DNA of 64,000 bases, taken from assembly GCA_965249485.1 (NCBI GenBank), contig OZ252239.1, positions 448,001 through 512,000 of the forward strand. The letters run 5' to 3'. Below, one piece after another: positions 1 to 10,738 of this stretch. The DNA is from a bacterium. Its GTDB lineage: Bacteria > SM23-31. The position numbers were made by a program, and so were the translations under genes. Under the pieces are notes generated by a model. That model ran no database searches. It worked only from the letters and a program-made list of their open reading frames with translations, and had not been told where the DNA came from. The stretch's first letter is position 1. Each line of letters starts with the position of its first letter.

Positions 1-1
1 T

Positions 2-970
2 TTAAACCCACTTGTCCATTCAGCAGCACACATTATGAAAGTGAGTATGGGTGTTATGGCAACTGGACTTGTCGGGGCAATTCAGCTTACCCATGCTATT
101 GTTCCACCGACACCCGGTCCGCTTGCAGCAGCTGCCTTGGTCGGAGCCGATATCGGTAAAACGATTATTTATGGGAGCATTTCCTGCCTGATGGGATCTC
201 TGTCATGCTGGATATGGGGACAGTACATTGCCGGACCGCGCATTTCAACACCACCGTCGGATGAATATATTCAGGACGGGATATTTGGAGATGAAAACCG
301 AAAACTCCCCGGTACACTGAGTTCTTATGCACCGATCGCTATACCACTCATCCTGATCTCCGCACAGAGTGTATCAAAATTATTCCTGGCCGAAGATAAT
401 ATCATCAGATTGATTTTTGGATATATAGGCTGGCCTGTTGTGGCATTGGCAATCGGCGTCTGGCTGGCATATCAGAATATCACACAAAAAGAGGACAAAG
501 ATAAAGCGAAAAACAAGTGGGTTGAAGATGGCTTACGAACCTCAGCAATGATTCTCGTTGTGACGGGACTTGGAGGATCACTCAGCGAAATCCTCAAAGC
601 GACCCCGGCTGTTTCGACCATTGGAAGTTTTTTTGCCGAGCACGGCCTCCCTTCAATATTTCTGCCGTTCATTCTAGGCATTATTGGTAATATGATTACC
701 GGTTCAACGACGGTTGGAGTTATAACCACCGCTTCGCTTGTAGCGCCGATGTTGTCAATTCTCAACCTCTCTCCCGAAGCAGCTATGTTGGCCGGAGCAT
801 CCGGTTCGGTTATATTCAAGTATGTAAACAGCAGTTACTTCTGGGTATGCACGTCTTTGAGTAAGCTGAGTGTCGGAGATGCCATATTTTCGTATGGAGG
901 TGCAACACTTGTGGGGGGGATAGTCACATTCATGATGGTGTATTTTTTTTGGGGAACCGGTCTTATTTAA
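2..970 (+). CDS. GntP-family (gluconate/sugar-acid:H+ symporter) permease, 5'-partial
   Basis: Frame is open from position 2. Polytopic membrane protein with THAIVPPTPGPLAAA, GSTTVG and 'VNSSYFWV' motifs typical of GntP (HxxxPPHPGP, GSxTVA, HxNDSxFW). Confidence 0.85.
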   Translation, partial: LNPLVHSAAHIMKVSMGVMATGLVGAIQLTHAIVPPTPGPLAAAALVGADIGKTIIYGSISCLMGSLSCWIWGQYIAGPRISTPPSDEYIQDGIFGDENRKLPGTLSSYAPIAIPLILISAQSVSKLFLAEDNIIRLIFGYIGWPVVALAIGVWLAYQNITQKEDKDKAKNKWVEDGLRTSAMILVVTGLGGSLSEILKATPAVSTIGSFFAEHGLPSIFLPFILGIIGNMITGSTTVGVITTASLVAPMLSILNLSPEAAMLAGASGSVIFKYVNSSYFWVCTSLSKLSVGDAIFSYGGATLVGGIVTFMMVYFFWGTGLI

Positions 971-1040
971 CGTGCATAATAGTAGGCAAATCCAATAATT
1001 ACCTAAGTACATTACAGAGATTTTGAAAATTTGAATTCGT

Positions 1041-3996
1041 ATGAATTCACAGTCTAACAATACAACCATACCTGATCTTTCGGCCGACCGGCTGGAAGTA
1101 TTTCAAAAAACACTATCATCAAAAATTGAGGGTGAAGTCAGGTTCGATACAGTGTCAAGAGCGTTGTATTCGACCGATGCAAGTGTATATCAGATCATTC
1201 CTCTCGGTGTTATAATTCCCCGATCGGCAGATGACGTTGTGCACGTTGTCACCACATGTAGAGAGTTCAGTGTCTCGATCACCGCCCGGGGCGGCGGCAC
1301 TTCACAGGCTGGTCAGGCAGTGGGTTACGGTATTCAGCTTGATTTTTCAAAATATCTGAACCGAATACTCGACATTGACCCTGAAAAACAGACTGTTACT
1401 GTTGAGCCCGGCATTGTTCTCGACAATCTCAATGCAGAACTTAAACAGTACGGCCTGCACCTCCCACTCGATATATCGACTGCAAACCGTGCAACCATCG
1501 GCGGGATGATCGCGAACAACTCAGCCGGAACCCGGTCGATTATTTACGGCAAGACAATAGATTATGTCGAATCAATGGCAGTTGTACTCTCCGACGGTAC
1601 AACGACAGAGTTCGCTCCACTTTCTGCCGGGGAACTTGAGGCGAAATGTGCTCAAAACGATTTTGAAGCCAGCTGTTATACGGTAGTCCAAGAACTTATA
1701 GAATCCAATCGTGAAGAAATTGCTAAAAGGTATCCGAATATTCTCCGGCATGTCGGTGGTTACAGTCTCGATGAATTTGTAAATCCCGCTACTCCGTTCA
1801 ATCTTTCCCGGCTCATTGTCGGTTCGGAGGGTACTCTTGGGCTTGTTGTTCAAACAACACTACGTATCGTTCCCCTACCTCGGAGCCGGATTGTGTGCAG
1901 TATTCAGTTTGATGATTTATTAGATGCACTTGCGGCAATACCCGCAATACTTAAGCATAATCCATCCGCCGTTGAACTTGTTGACAACCTCATATTAAGC
2001 ACTACAAAAGGAAAATTGGAATTCGAACCACTCCGGTCATTTATTGTCGGTGACCCGGGCGCAATTCTGATAATTGAATTCTTTGCAGAATCAGCGGGCG
2101 AAGCGCGTGAGAAGCTCGACCGGTTTATTGCTGACATGAAGAAGCGACATATTGGCACGTATATTCATCAAGCTGTTGAACAATCGGAGCAGGCACGTAT
2201 TTGGAAATTGCGACAGGCTGCATTGGGATTGACCATGGCAGAAACAGGTGACTCGAAATCAATATCGTTTGTCGAGGATACGGCCGTCTCACCGGAGAAT
2301 CTTCACGACTACATAGCAAAATTTCAAACAATTTTGAAAAAATACAATACTGAAGCTGCATATTACGCTCATGCATCGGTCGGGCTTCTCCATGTCAGAC
2401 CTTTGGTGAATATGAAAACCGAAGCAGGCATCAATTCTTTTGTCCGAATTGCTGAAGAGGTATCTGATCTTGTTCTTGAATATGGTGGCGCTCTTGCCGG
2501 CGAACACGGAGACGGCCTTGCACGCAGCCCGTTTCAAAAAAAGATGTACGGCACCGGTTCTCTATGATGCCTTTTGTACATTGAAAAAATCCTTTGATCC
2601 TAAAAATATTTTTAATCCCGGAAAAATTGTTCATGCTCCCCCGATTACAGCGAACCTCAGGTTCGGTTCCGATTACGAAACCAGAGAATATGAAACTGTA
2701 TTCGATTTTTCGGATTTCGGCGGCATTACCCGCGCTGCGGAACAATGCAGTGGCGTCGGTGAGTGCAGAAAAAACCTGACCGGAACGCTGTGTCCGTCTT
2801 ATATGGCAACCAGAGATGAAACCGATGTAACACGGGGAAGAGCAAATACCCTCAGAATGGCGCTATCGGGCCAGCTTGCGGGCGTTGAGTTCGGCGATCC
2901 GGAGCTTATGCCTGTTTTAGACCTCTGCCTCGAGTGTAAAGCGTGTAAATCGGAATGTCCAACCGGTGTTGATGTCGCTCGTCTCAAAAGTGAATATTTG
3001 CATACGTATTACAAAAAACATGGAATCCCAAAACGAGTTACATTGCTTGTCGGAATTGACCGATTTACCCGGATTGGGAGTAGATTTCCAGCTGTGAGCA
3101 ATATCATTGCACAAAATAAAATTATCCGTTCTGTGCTTGATTCATTGTTTCATATTGATGCGCGGCGAAGTCTGCCTCATTTTGCACAGCAGACATTTAT
3201 GGATTGGTATAACAGTAAATTTGCAAGACATGACATTGAGCATCCGGATAGGGCAAATACCGTTGCTTTTTTCCCGGACACCTTTTCAAATTACTATGAA
3301 CCGGAGCACCTGCAAAGCGCAATACAAACTGCACATAAATTCGGATGGAATATACACGTTCCGGACCGGGTTTGCTGTGGCCGGCCGCTGATTTCGAAGG
3401 GACTTTTGGATGAAGCTGTGCCGCAGGCTGAAAAAGTCGTCCGCTCTCTTGTACCAATAGCCGAAAAGAATATTCCGATTGTATTTTGCGAACCCGGTTG
3501 TTATTCGGCTGTAAAAGATGATATTCCAAAATTAGTGGGAAAAGATTTGCAGGAGACAGCAAACAAGGTTGCTTTAGCCTGTATGACATTCGAAGAGTGG
3601 GGTTCCGAAATAATCGATAAATATAATGGAGCACACTTTGAGAAAAAGAGCCATGGTCAGCCGAAGGATATCCTTTTGCATGGCCACTGCCACCAGAAAG
3701 CACTTATCGGCATGCAGCCGACGTTGAATCTCTTGTCGAAGATTCCCGATTGCACTGTCATGCTACTTGACAGCGGCTGCTGCGGAATGGCTGGTTCATT
3801 CGGCTACGAAAAAGAGCATTACAATATTTCAAAGTCTATCGGTGAACGGGTCCTGTTCCCGGCTGTCAGGGAACGCGAACCGGATACTTTAGTTGCTGCA
3901 CCGGGATTTTCATGCAGACAGCAAATTCGTCATTTTACCGGTGTCTCTGCTCAATCTCCCGCACAAATAATCGCTTCACTATGGGAAGACCCGTAA
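1041..3996 (+). pseudogene. FAD-binding/(Fe-S)-binding 2-hydroxyacid oxidoreductase (GlcD+GlcF fusion, YdiJ-like), split by a +1 frameshift near 2552 (real or sequencing error)
   Basis: ORF 1041-2567 has ARGGGTS and GEHGDG (FAD-oxidase). The overlapping frame continues PVLYDAF..FDPKNIFNPGK, then CxxxxxC, CLECKACKSECP and two CCG domains. The parts join as KMYG-PVLYDA by removing one base. Confidence 0.85.
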
Positions 3997-4395
3997 TCAA
4001 GATCATGAAGTGTGTGTAGAATAACTTACTCTGATTTTAACTGACAACGAAACGGCATTTGTTACTCGGAAATACAGATATTTCATTAAAAATTGATTGC
4101 ATTTTGGCATAACATCTTGTACACTTTATCATATCTACCCAAAGGCAACACGTTATTTGAATTATCTGTCCATGCCACAGTGTGTTGTACCATTGAAACT
4201 GACAATATGCTTGATTTTTTTCAATTCTTGAATTGACTAAAATCATTTTGAAGATTTTTGTGCGTGAGGAGTAGTAACACTATACAGACGCACTTTATTC
4301 TAAATTTCTCCAAATATTTCGCACCATACCAAACTATTATACTAGTATGCCATGCTATTACTATCTGCAGTAATTCACTTTAAGGAGGATTCATC

Positions 4396-7119
4396 ATGAG
4401 TATCAGAACAATTACTTGTAATATTTGGACAACAGTGGTTGTCATTGCTGTACTCATCCCTGTTATTGTCCTTGGACAGCAGGCACCGGGAAATGTTCTC
4501 GATAAGATCCATTTCCGGAGTATTGGACCGAGTAAACAGTCAGGAAGGTTCATGCAGGTTGGAGTTCCCGATCTGAACAAAGCGCCCTATACATTCTATG
4601 CTGCGGCATCAACAGGCGGATTATGGAAAACGATCGATAATGGAATTACATACGAATCGATTTTCGACAATGAAAATGTCAATGCGCTCGGTGACGTAGA
4701 AGTTGCTTATTCAGACCCTGATATTGTCTATGTCGGTACGGGAAATCTTTCGTACTGGGGTGAGGGAATGTATAAATCGACCAACGGCGGAGAATCGTGG
4801 AACCATATAGGTCTGAGAGACTCACACTTTATCAGTAAGATCGTTGTCCATCCCGAGAATCCTAATATTGTATATGTTGCCGCGACAGGAAGTACCCACG
4901 ACAACAATCCGGAACGGGGGATTTTCAAGACAACCAACGGTGGCAGGTCATGGACAAAGACGCTCGGATTGACTGATGATGGGAAACATGTGAGCGGCGC
5001 TGATGTCCATATGCATCCGACCGATTACAGTACACTTTATGCAACCATGTGGGACCGCGATGGGGGAGAAGCGACCGGCATTTTTAAAACATCGAACGGC
5101 GGATCGTCGTGGGATAAATTAAGCGGGGGTCTTCCGACTGGAAGTCTCCAAAGGATCGGTCTTGACATATACCGATCGAACCCGGATATTGTTGTTGCAA
5201 CAATTCTCATCCCTCAGGATGAAGGCCAGGCACGCAATACCGCCTGGCGCTCAGAAAATGCGGGAAATAACTGGCGCAGGATTAGCCCCGATCCCGAAGA
5301 TTTTACTCTGAGGGGCAGCAACAGGTATGCACAGATCCGTATCGATCCGAATAACGATGATAAAATTTACATTCTTAATAGCGGTATACAGGGGACCGAC
5401 GATGGCGGAAGAACCTGGAAACATGCCATAATACCGTACGGAAACGACCATCAAGACCTCTGGTTCAATCCCGAGAACAGTGACCACGCAATAGGCTCAA
5501 GCGATTCCGGGATAAGAATATCCTTCAACGGCAATAAAACCTGGTACCATCCTGATAATTTCGCACTCGGCCTGCTTGAAGCGGTCGGGGTCGACATGGC
5601 ATATCCTTATAATGTATATGGTGGTATGCAGGATTTCGGTACCTGGCGGGGCCCGAGCACAAAGCGAGGGCGTTATCCTATCCGTTTCGAGGACTGGGAG
5701 CATGTCCGCGGTGCTGACGGCTCGTATGCGCAGGTCGATCCGAGAGACAACCGGTGGCTCTTTGTCGAATCACAAAATGGATCAATATCGAGAAACGACC
5801 AGTGGACGAATGTTCGTAAGAATATTCGATACCAAAAAGAAGGTATCCGTTTCAACTTTATAGCGCCAATTCTCATATCTCCCCATAATCCCAATGTCGT
5901 TTACCACGGCGCAAATGTCTTGCTGCGTTCACCCTATCTTGGCGAGGCATGGGAAGAGATCAGTCCCGACCTTTCGGACGGACCGTATGACGAACCGAGA
6001 AACAGAGTCAATGGTACGATTACAACAATCGACGAGTCACCCATGGTACAGGGAATTATCTGGGTTGGAACTGATGACGGCAATGTCCAACTTACCCGGG
6101 ACTATGGAGCAACGTGGACTAAACTGAACAACAATATCCCTGGTAAACCAGACTATAAGGTAACTCGTGTGGAGGTTTCGCGTCACGATCCGGATGAGGG
6201 TTTTGTCACGTTCAACGGCAGAAGAAGTCATGGTGACCTGAAACCGTATGTGTATCGGACGACTGATAATGGAAACACCTGGGTATCAATCACAGACGGA
6301 CTGCCTGATGATGAACCGGTCAACGTGATACGGCACGACCATAAAAATCCGAACCTTCTTTTTCTGGGTACGGAAAAGCAACTCTATGTTTCCCTTGACC
6401 GTGGAGATACCTGGCAGTCGCTCAGGAACAATATGCCGAATATTCCTGTGAAAGATCTTGTCATACATACCCGTGAGAACGATCTTGTTGTTGCGACTTA
6501 TGGCAGGAGCTTCTGGATAGCGGATATTTCAACCTTACAGGAGATCACCCCGGAAGTCCTTGCGAAAGATGTTCACCTCTTCGATGTTGAACCGCAGGTC
6601 CTCTGGGTGCATAGCGGACAAAACCAGGTAGCGGCCAATCATCAGAACTACTCGGGAGAGAATGCCCCAAAAGGTTCTGTTGTGAATTATTACCTGAATA
6701 GCAGGGTACCGGGCGGCGTAACAGTACAGATATACCGTGGATCGCTCCTCGTCAACGAGTATAAGGGTTCGGGCGACCCGGGATTAAACAGTGTTGAGTG
6801 GCACCTGACAGAGCGGATAGAACGCACGGATGAAGAAAAAGAGAGCGCGGCTCAGAGGATTGAGAGAACAAAAAATTCTGCACTTTATTTCGATTATTAC
6901 GACAACCATGACCATTTTGGCGAACCCGATGGAGAAGTGTCCGTAACCGGCCGGCCACTGGGAACATGGATCCAATCACTGCCTGAATGGTTGGAAGTTG
7001 ATTACAAACATCTCCGTGCAAAACCGGGTGAATATACCGTCAAATTGATTGTTAATGGTAATGAATTATCTACCAAAGCTCTTGTGCTTAAGGACCAGTG
7101 GTTCGATAAAATGTATTAG
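4396..7119 (+). CDS. Secreted VPS10/BNR (Asp-box) repeat beta-propeller protein, glycosyl-hydrolase-like
   Basis: Signal peptide, RSIGP..SGR start, many (S/T)xDxGxxW Asp-boxes, 'DLVVATYGRSFWI'. RBS AAGGAGG upstream. Confidence 0.85.
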   Translation: MSIRTITCNIWTTVVVIAVLIPVIVLGQQAPGNVLDKIHFRSIGPSKQSGRFMQVGVPDLNKAPYTFYAAASTGGLWKTIDNGITYESIFDNENVNALGDVEVAYSDPDIVYVGTGNLSYWGEGMYKSTNGGESWNHIGLRDSHFISKIVVHPENPNIVYVAATGSTHDNNPERGIFKTTNGGRSWTKTLGLTDDGKHVSGADVHMHPTDYSTLYATMWDRDGGEATGIFKTSNGGSSWDKLSGGLPTGSLQRIGLDIYRSNPDIVVATILIPQDEGQARNTAWRSENAGNNWRRISPDPEDFTLRGSNRYAQIRIDPNNDDKIYILNSGIQGTDDGGRTWKHAIIPYGNDHQDLWFNPENSDHAIGSSDSGIRISFNGNKTWYHPDNFALGLLEAVGVDMAYPYNVYGGMQDFGTWRGPSTKRGRYPIRFEDWEHVRGADGSYAQVDPRDNRWLFVESQNGSISRNDQWTNVRKNIRYQKEGIRFNFIAPILISPHNPNVVYHGANVLLRSPYLGEAWEEISPDLSDGPYDEPRNRVNGTITTIDESPMVQGIIWVGTDDGNVQLTRDYGATWTKLNNNIPGKPDYKVTRVEVSRHDPDEGFVTFNGRRSHGDLKPYVYRTTDNGNTWVSITDGLPDDEPVNVIRHDHKNPNLLFLGTEKQLYVSLDRGDTWQSLRNNMPNIPVKDLVIHTRENDLVVATYGRSFWIADISTLQEITPEVLAKDVHLFDVEPQVLWVHSGQNQVAANHQNYSGENAPKGSVVNYYLNSRVPGGVTVQIYRGSLLVNEYKGSGDPGLNSVEWHLTERIERTDEEKESAAQRIERTKNSALYFDYYDNHDHFGEPDGEVSVTGRPLGTWIQSLPEWLEVDYKHLRAKPGEYTVKLIVNGNELSTKALVLKDQWFDKMY

Positions 7120-7151
7120 ATATTAATTAAAATTATTAGATATATGTAGAG

Positions 7152-7196
7152 ATTTTGACCGAAGACCCGGCACAACACCGGGTTTTTGGTCAAAAT
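7152..7196 (+). terminator. Long hairpin, probable intrinsic terminator or mRNA-stability hairpin
   Basis: ATTTTGACC-GAAGA-CCCGG, 7-nt loop, CCGGG-TTTTT-GGTCAAAAT. Fully paired on the + strand using G-U pairs; 33 nt after the stop codon. Confidence 0.6.
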
Positions 7197-7293
7197 GACA
7201 TGATTCAACTTTATAGTCAACTCTAAGAGTGCTGCCACTTGGCAATTTCTCTATGATCATTGCCGTCTGTAAACAAATGAATTAAGGAATGAT

Positions 7294-9027
7294 ATGACTC
7301 AAGTTAATACGAATACAAAAAGCAGTGATCCAATGGAAATGAACCGGCGTCGGTTCGTAGGATATTTTTCGGGAATTGGACTCGGGGCGACACTTATGCC
7401 GGGAGCGCTTGCGGCAATCGCGCAGGACTCAGAAAAAATCACGTCCGATATGATTTCATCCGCGGCTTCTGTTGCCGGGCTACCTTTTACACAGGATGAA
7501 ATTACTACCATTGCACAAACACTCAATGACTGGAAATATCAGGAAAATTACAAAAAAATCCGGGAAATCGAACTCGATAATAGTGTTTCTCCAGCTCTTG
7601 TGTTTGATCCCCTCCCTGTAGGGATAAAATTATCTTCCACACGGAGACCATTGCAATTTACCGCTCCCCGTATAAGCATGCCGAAAACCGACGAAGAGAT
7701 TGCTTTTCTATCGGTTACGCATCTGTCTCATCTTATAAAAACACGACAAATCACGTCAACCGAACTCACCAAGTTGTACATTGCACGGCTCAAGAAGCAT
7801 AGTCCGAAGCTGTTCTGCCTCATTACGCTGACCGAAGACCTTGCACTCAGGCAGGCGAAAAAAGCCGACGAAGAGATTGTAGCCGGCAACTACCGGGGGC
7901 CGCTCCACGGTATTCCGTGGGGTGCCAAAGATCTGCTCGCTGTAAAGGGATATAAAACGACATGGGGGGCATCACCCTATAAGAATCAGGATATCAATAA
8001 TAATTCGACCGTTTACACCCGGCTGACCGAAGCAGGTGCTGTGCTCATAGGAAAACTGTCGATGGGTGCTCTCGCTATGGACAACCGATGGTTCGGCGGA
8101 AAAACAAGAAACCCGTGGAACACTGAGCAGAGCTCGAGTGGTTCTTCTGCCGGATCGGGTTCGGCTACAGCAGCAGGACTGGTCGGGTTTTCAATCGGAA
8201 CCGAGACACTCGGATCGATCATGTCTCCTTCGAGTCGGTGCGGTGTCAGCGGCCTCAGGCCCTCATTCGGCAGAGTGAGCCGGTTTGGTGCAATGGCTCT
8301 GAGTTGGTCGATGGATAAAATCGGTCCAATGTGCCGATCCGCAGAAGACTGTGCACTTGTTTTGCATGCTATTGCCGGTCCAGACGGAAAAGATAATTCG
8401 GTTATAGATGTCCCCTTCAATTGGGACAGCAGTGCCAATGTGCAAAATCTCCGGGTCGGGTATTTTGCGGAGGAAGACCGCGAGAGTTTTGATGATGCTG
8501 ATGACGAGGAGAAATATCGTTTGGTGCAGGAGCGGAATGGTGTCGCATTTGAAGTGATACGCTCACTCGGCGTGCAGCTTGTTCCTCTTGAGCTGCCTGA
8601 TCTGCCGGCTGAGGCTCTGGAATTTATTTTGTTCGTGGAAAGTGCAGCGGCATTTGATGGACTCATGCGGAGCGGAAAAGATCAATCAATGCTCGAAGAA
8701 CCCGAAGTAAGTGAATGGCCGCAGCTTTTCAGAACAGGACGGTTCATTCCTGCTGTTGAGTATGTGCAGGCAAACCGTGTCAGAACACAGGTCATTAATA
8801 ACTTGTATGAAGCAATGGCTGATGTCGACTGCTTCATCGGCAGCAGGCTGGTTTTAACAAATATTTCCGGGTACCCGGAAATCAGCGTCCCGCATGGATT
8901 TTATGATTCAGGCACACCGACAAGCCTACGGATTACCGGGAAACTGTTTGGTGAGGCTGAAATTGCGCTGCTTGCAAAAGCCTTTCAAGACAAGACTGAC
9001 CACCATCAGCAGCATCCTCAATTGTAA
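7294..9027 (+). CDS. Amidase-signature family enzyme with Tat signal
   Basis: MNRRRFVG twin-arginine signal; GPLHGIPWGAKD, SSSGSSAGSG and GTETLGSI (Ser-cisSer-Lys triad). Confidence 0.9.
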   Translation: MTQVNTNTKSSDPMEMNRRRFVGYFSGIGLGATLMPGALAAIAQDSEKITSDMISSAASVAGLPFTQDEITTIAQTLNDWKYQENYKKIREIELDNSVSPALVFDPLPVGIKLSSTRRPLQFTAPRISMPKTDEEIAFLSVTHLSHLIKTRQITSTELTKLYIARLKKHSPKLFCLITLTEDLALRQAKKADEEIVAGNYRGPLHGIPWGAKDLLAVKGYKTTWGASPYKNQDINNNSTVYTRLTEAGAVLIGKLSMGALAMDNRWFGGKTRNPWNTEQSSSGSSAGSGSATAAGLVGFSIGTETLGSIMSPSSRCGVSGLRPSFGRVSRFGAMALSWSMDKIGPMCRSAEDCALVLHAIAGPDGKDNSVIDVPFNWDSSANVQNLRVGYFAEEDRESFDDADDEEKYRLVQERNGVAFEVIRSLGVQLVPLELPDLPAEALEFILFVESAAAFDGLMRSGKDQSMLEEPEVSEWPQLFRTGRFIPAVEYVQANRVRTQVINNLYEAMADVDCFIGSRLVLTNISGYPEISVPHGFYDSGTPTSLRITGKLFGEAEIALLAKAFQDKTDHHQQHPQL

Positions 9028-9092
9028 GTAAAACATTGTTATCGGGGATTCTTCGAGAGATACTATATAACAATAAAAACAGAGGCGAACCT

Positions 9093-10714
9093 ATGAATAT
9101 TCGGACGATTTTTTTGTGCAGTTTGCTGACATTTGTAGTATTCGTGCCGCATGTGCATGCACAGGAACCGGTTGATTATATCATGATTGATAAAATCCGC
9201 CAGGAAGGACTAAACAGATCGCAAGTTATGGATCATATGTTTTATATCGCAGAAATGTACGGACCTCGCCTCTCGAATTCTCCGGTCTATGATCAAGCTG
9301 CCAATTGGGCACGAAATTCATTCGAAGATTGGGGAGCTGATGAAGCAAAACTGGAGCCGTACGGTCCGATCGGTCTTGGATGGGAGTGTCGCTATGTCTC
9401 GGTACATATGCATGAACCGCAGTATCAACCGTTTATCGCCTATGCAGTGAGGCCGACGCGCGGGACAAACGGAAAAGTTATGAGTGATGCAATTTTTGTC
9501 AATATCAATGAACTCTATTCGGAAAGTGATCTCCAGCAATACAGGGGAAAACTCCGGAATAAAATTGTTTTTACACAGCCGCTCCGTGACGTCAAACCGC
9601 TTTTTAAACCGCTTGCTGTCCGTCTGTCGCAGGAAGAACTCGATTACATGGCCGAGGTTGACCTCAGCAACAATCCTGCTACCGTTACCATTGCTCAGGA
9701 AGAATACCAGGCGCTTCTACGGGGAGAAATACCCAGAAAACCACTTGATGCTGAAAAAATTCACGAATTTTTTGAAGATGAAGATGTGGCCGTGCTTGTC
9801 ACGCCGAGTGCCCCGGGACGTGGCATCGAAGAAGGCGGATTCGACAGAGGTGTTGTGAAACTACCCGGTGGTTATGCACTTCAACCCGGTGCACCGCGGA
9901 ACCCCTTCCAACGGTAGTAATGTCCCAGGAGCATTACAACAGAGTAATGCGCTTACTTGACCGTGGAGTAAACGTAGAGATGGAGGTCGAAATCGATGTT
10001 GTCTATACCGACAACGATGTGTACGATTATAATGTTATCGGAGAAATAACCGGTACCGATCCCGACCTAAAAGATGAAGTTGTCCTCATTGGCGGCCATT
10101 ATGACGGAAAATTCGGCGGGACCGCCGCAACCGATAATGGCGGAGGCAGTGCAATAGTGATGGAAGCATTCCGCATTTTAAATGCGCTTGATGTTCAACC
10201 TCGCAGGACTATCCGCGCGGCATTGTGGGGCGGTCATGAAGGCGGACATGCAGGAGCAGGATATTATGTGCGGAACCATTATGGCGGACCTGATCCCGGG
10301 ACGACAACAGAGGAACACCAGAATTTATCGATCTATTTCAATGTCGACTGGTTCGGCAGGTTCAGGGGTATATTTATGAATGGAAACGATCTTGTGCGGC
10401 CGATATTCGAAGCATGGATGAAACCGTTTGAAGACCTTGGAATGACACATCTCGTTGCAGATAACAGTGGCGGCTCGGACCATATGTCGTTTATTCGTGC
10501 CGGTCTGCCGGGATTTCAGTTTATTCAGGAAGATCTTGAATATTTTACGATTAATCACCATACTAATATGGATATGTACGACCGTGTTGTTCCGAAAGAC
10601 CTCATGCAGGGCTCAACAATTGCTGCTACCTGGGTTTACCATGCGGCAATGCGTGATGAAATGATGCCCCGCTCCAAACAGCAGATGGAAAATAGCAGGC
10701 GCTGGCATAAATAG
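9093..10714 (+). pseudogene. Secreted M28 (carboxypeptidase Q-like) metallopeptidase, split by a one-base frameshift near 9895-9908
   Basis: N-part: signal peptide, GPRLSNSP. C-part: GGHYD, TDNGGG, FNVD, SDHMSF, HHTNMDMYD. The downstream frame reads PTVVMSQEHYNR across the junction. Confidence 0.85.
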
Positions 10715-10738
10715 ACATACGAATTTCGGAGGGTAGTA

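Noticed and set aside
4037..4246. 69-aa Cys-containing ORF in the intergenic region, and the TCAATTC-TT-GAATTGA palindrome at 4221-4236
   Set aside because: AT-rich promoter-like DNA with no RBS or motif; a short palindrome alone is too weak to call.
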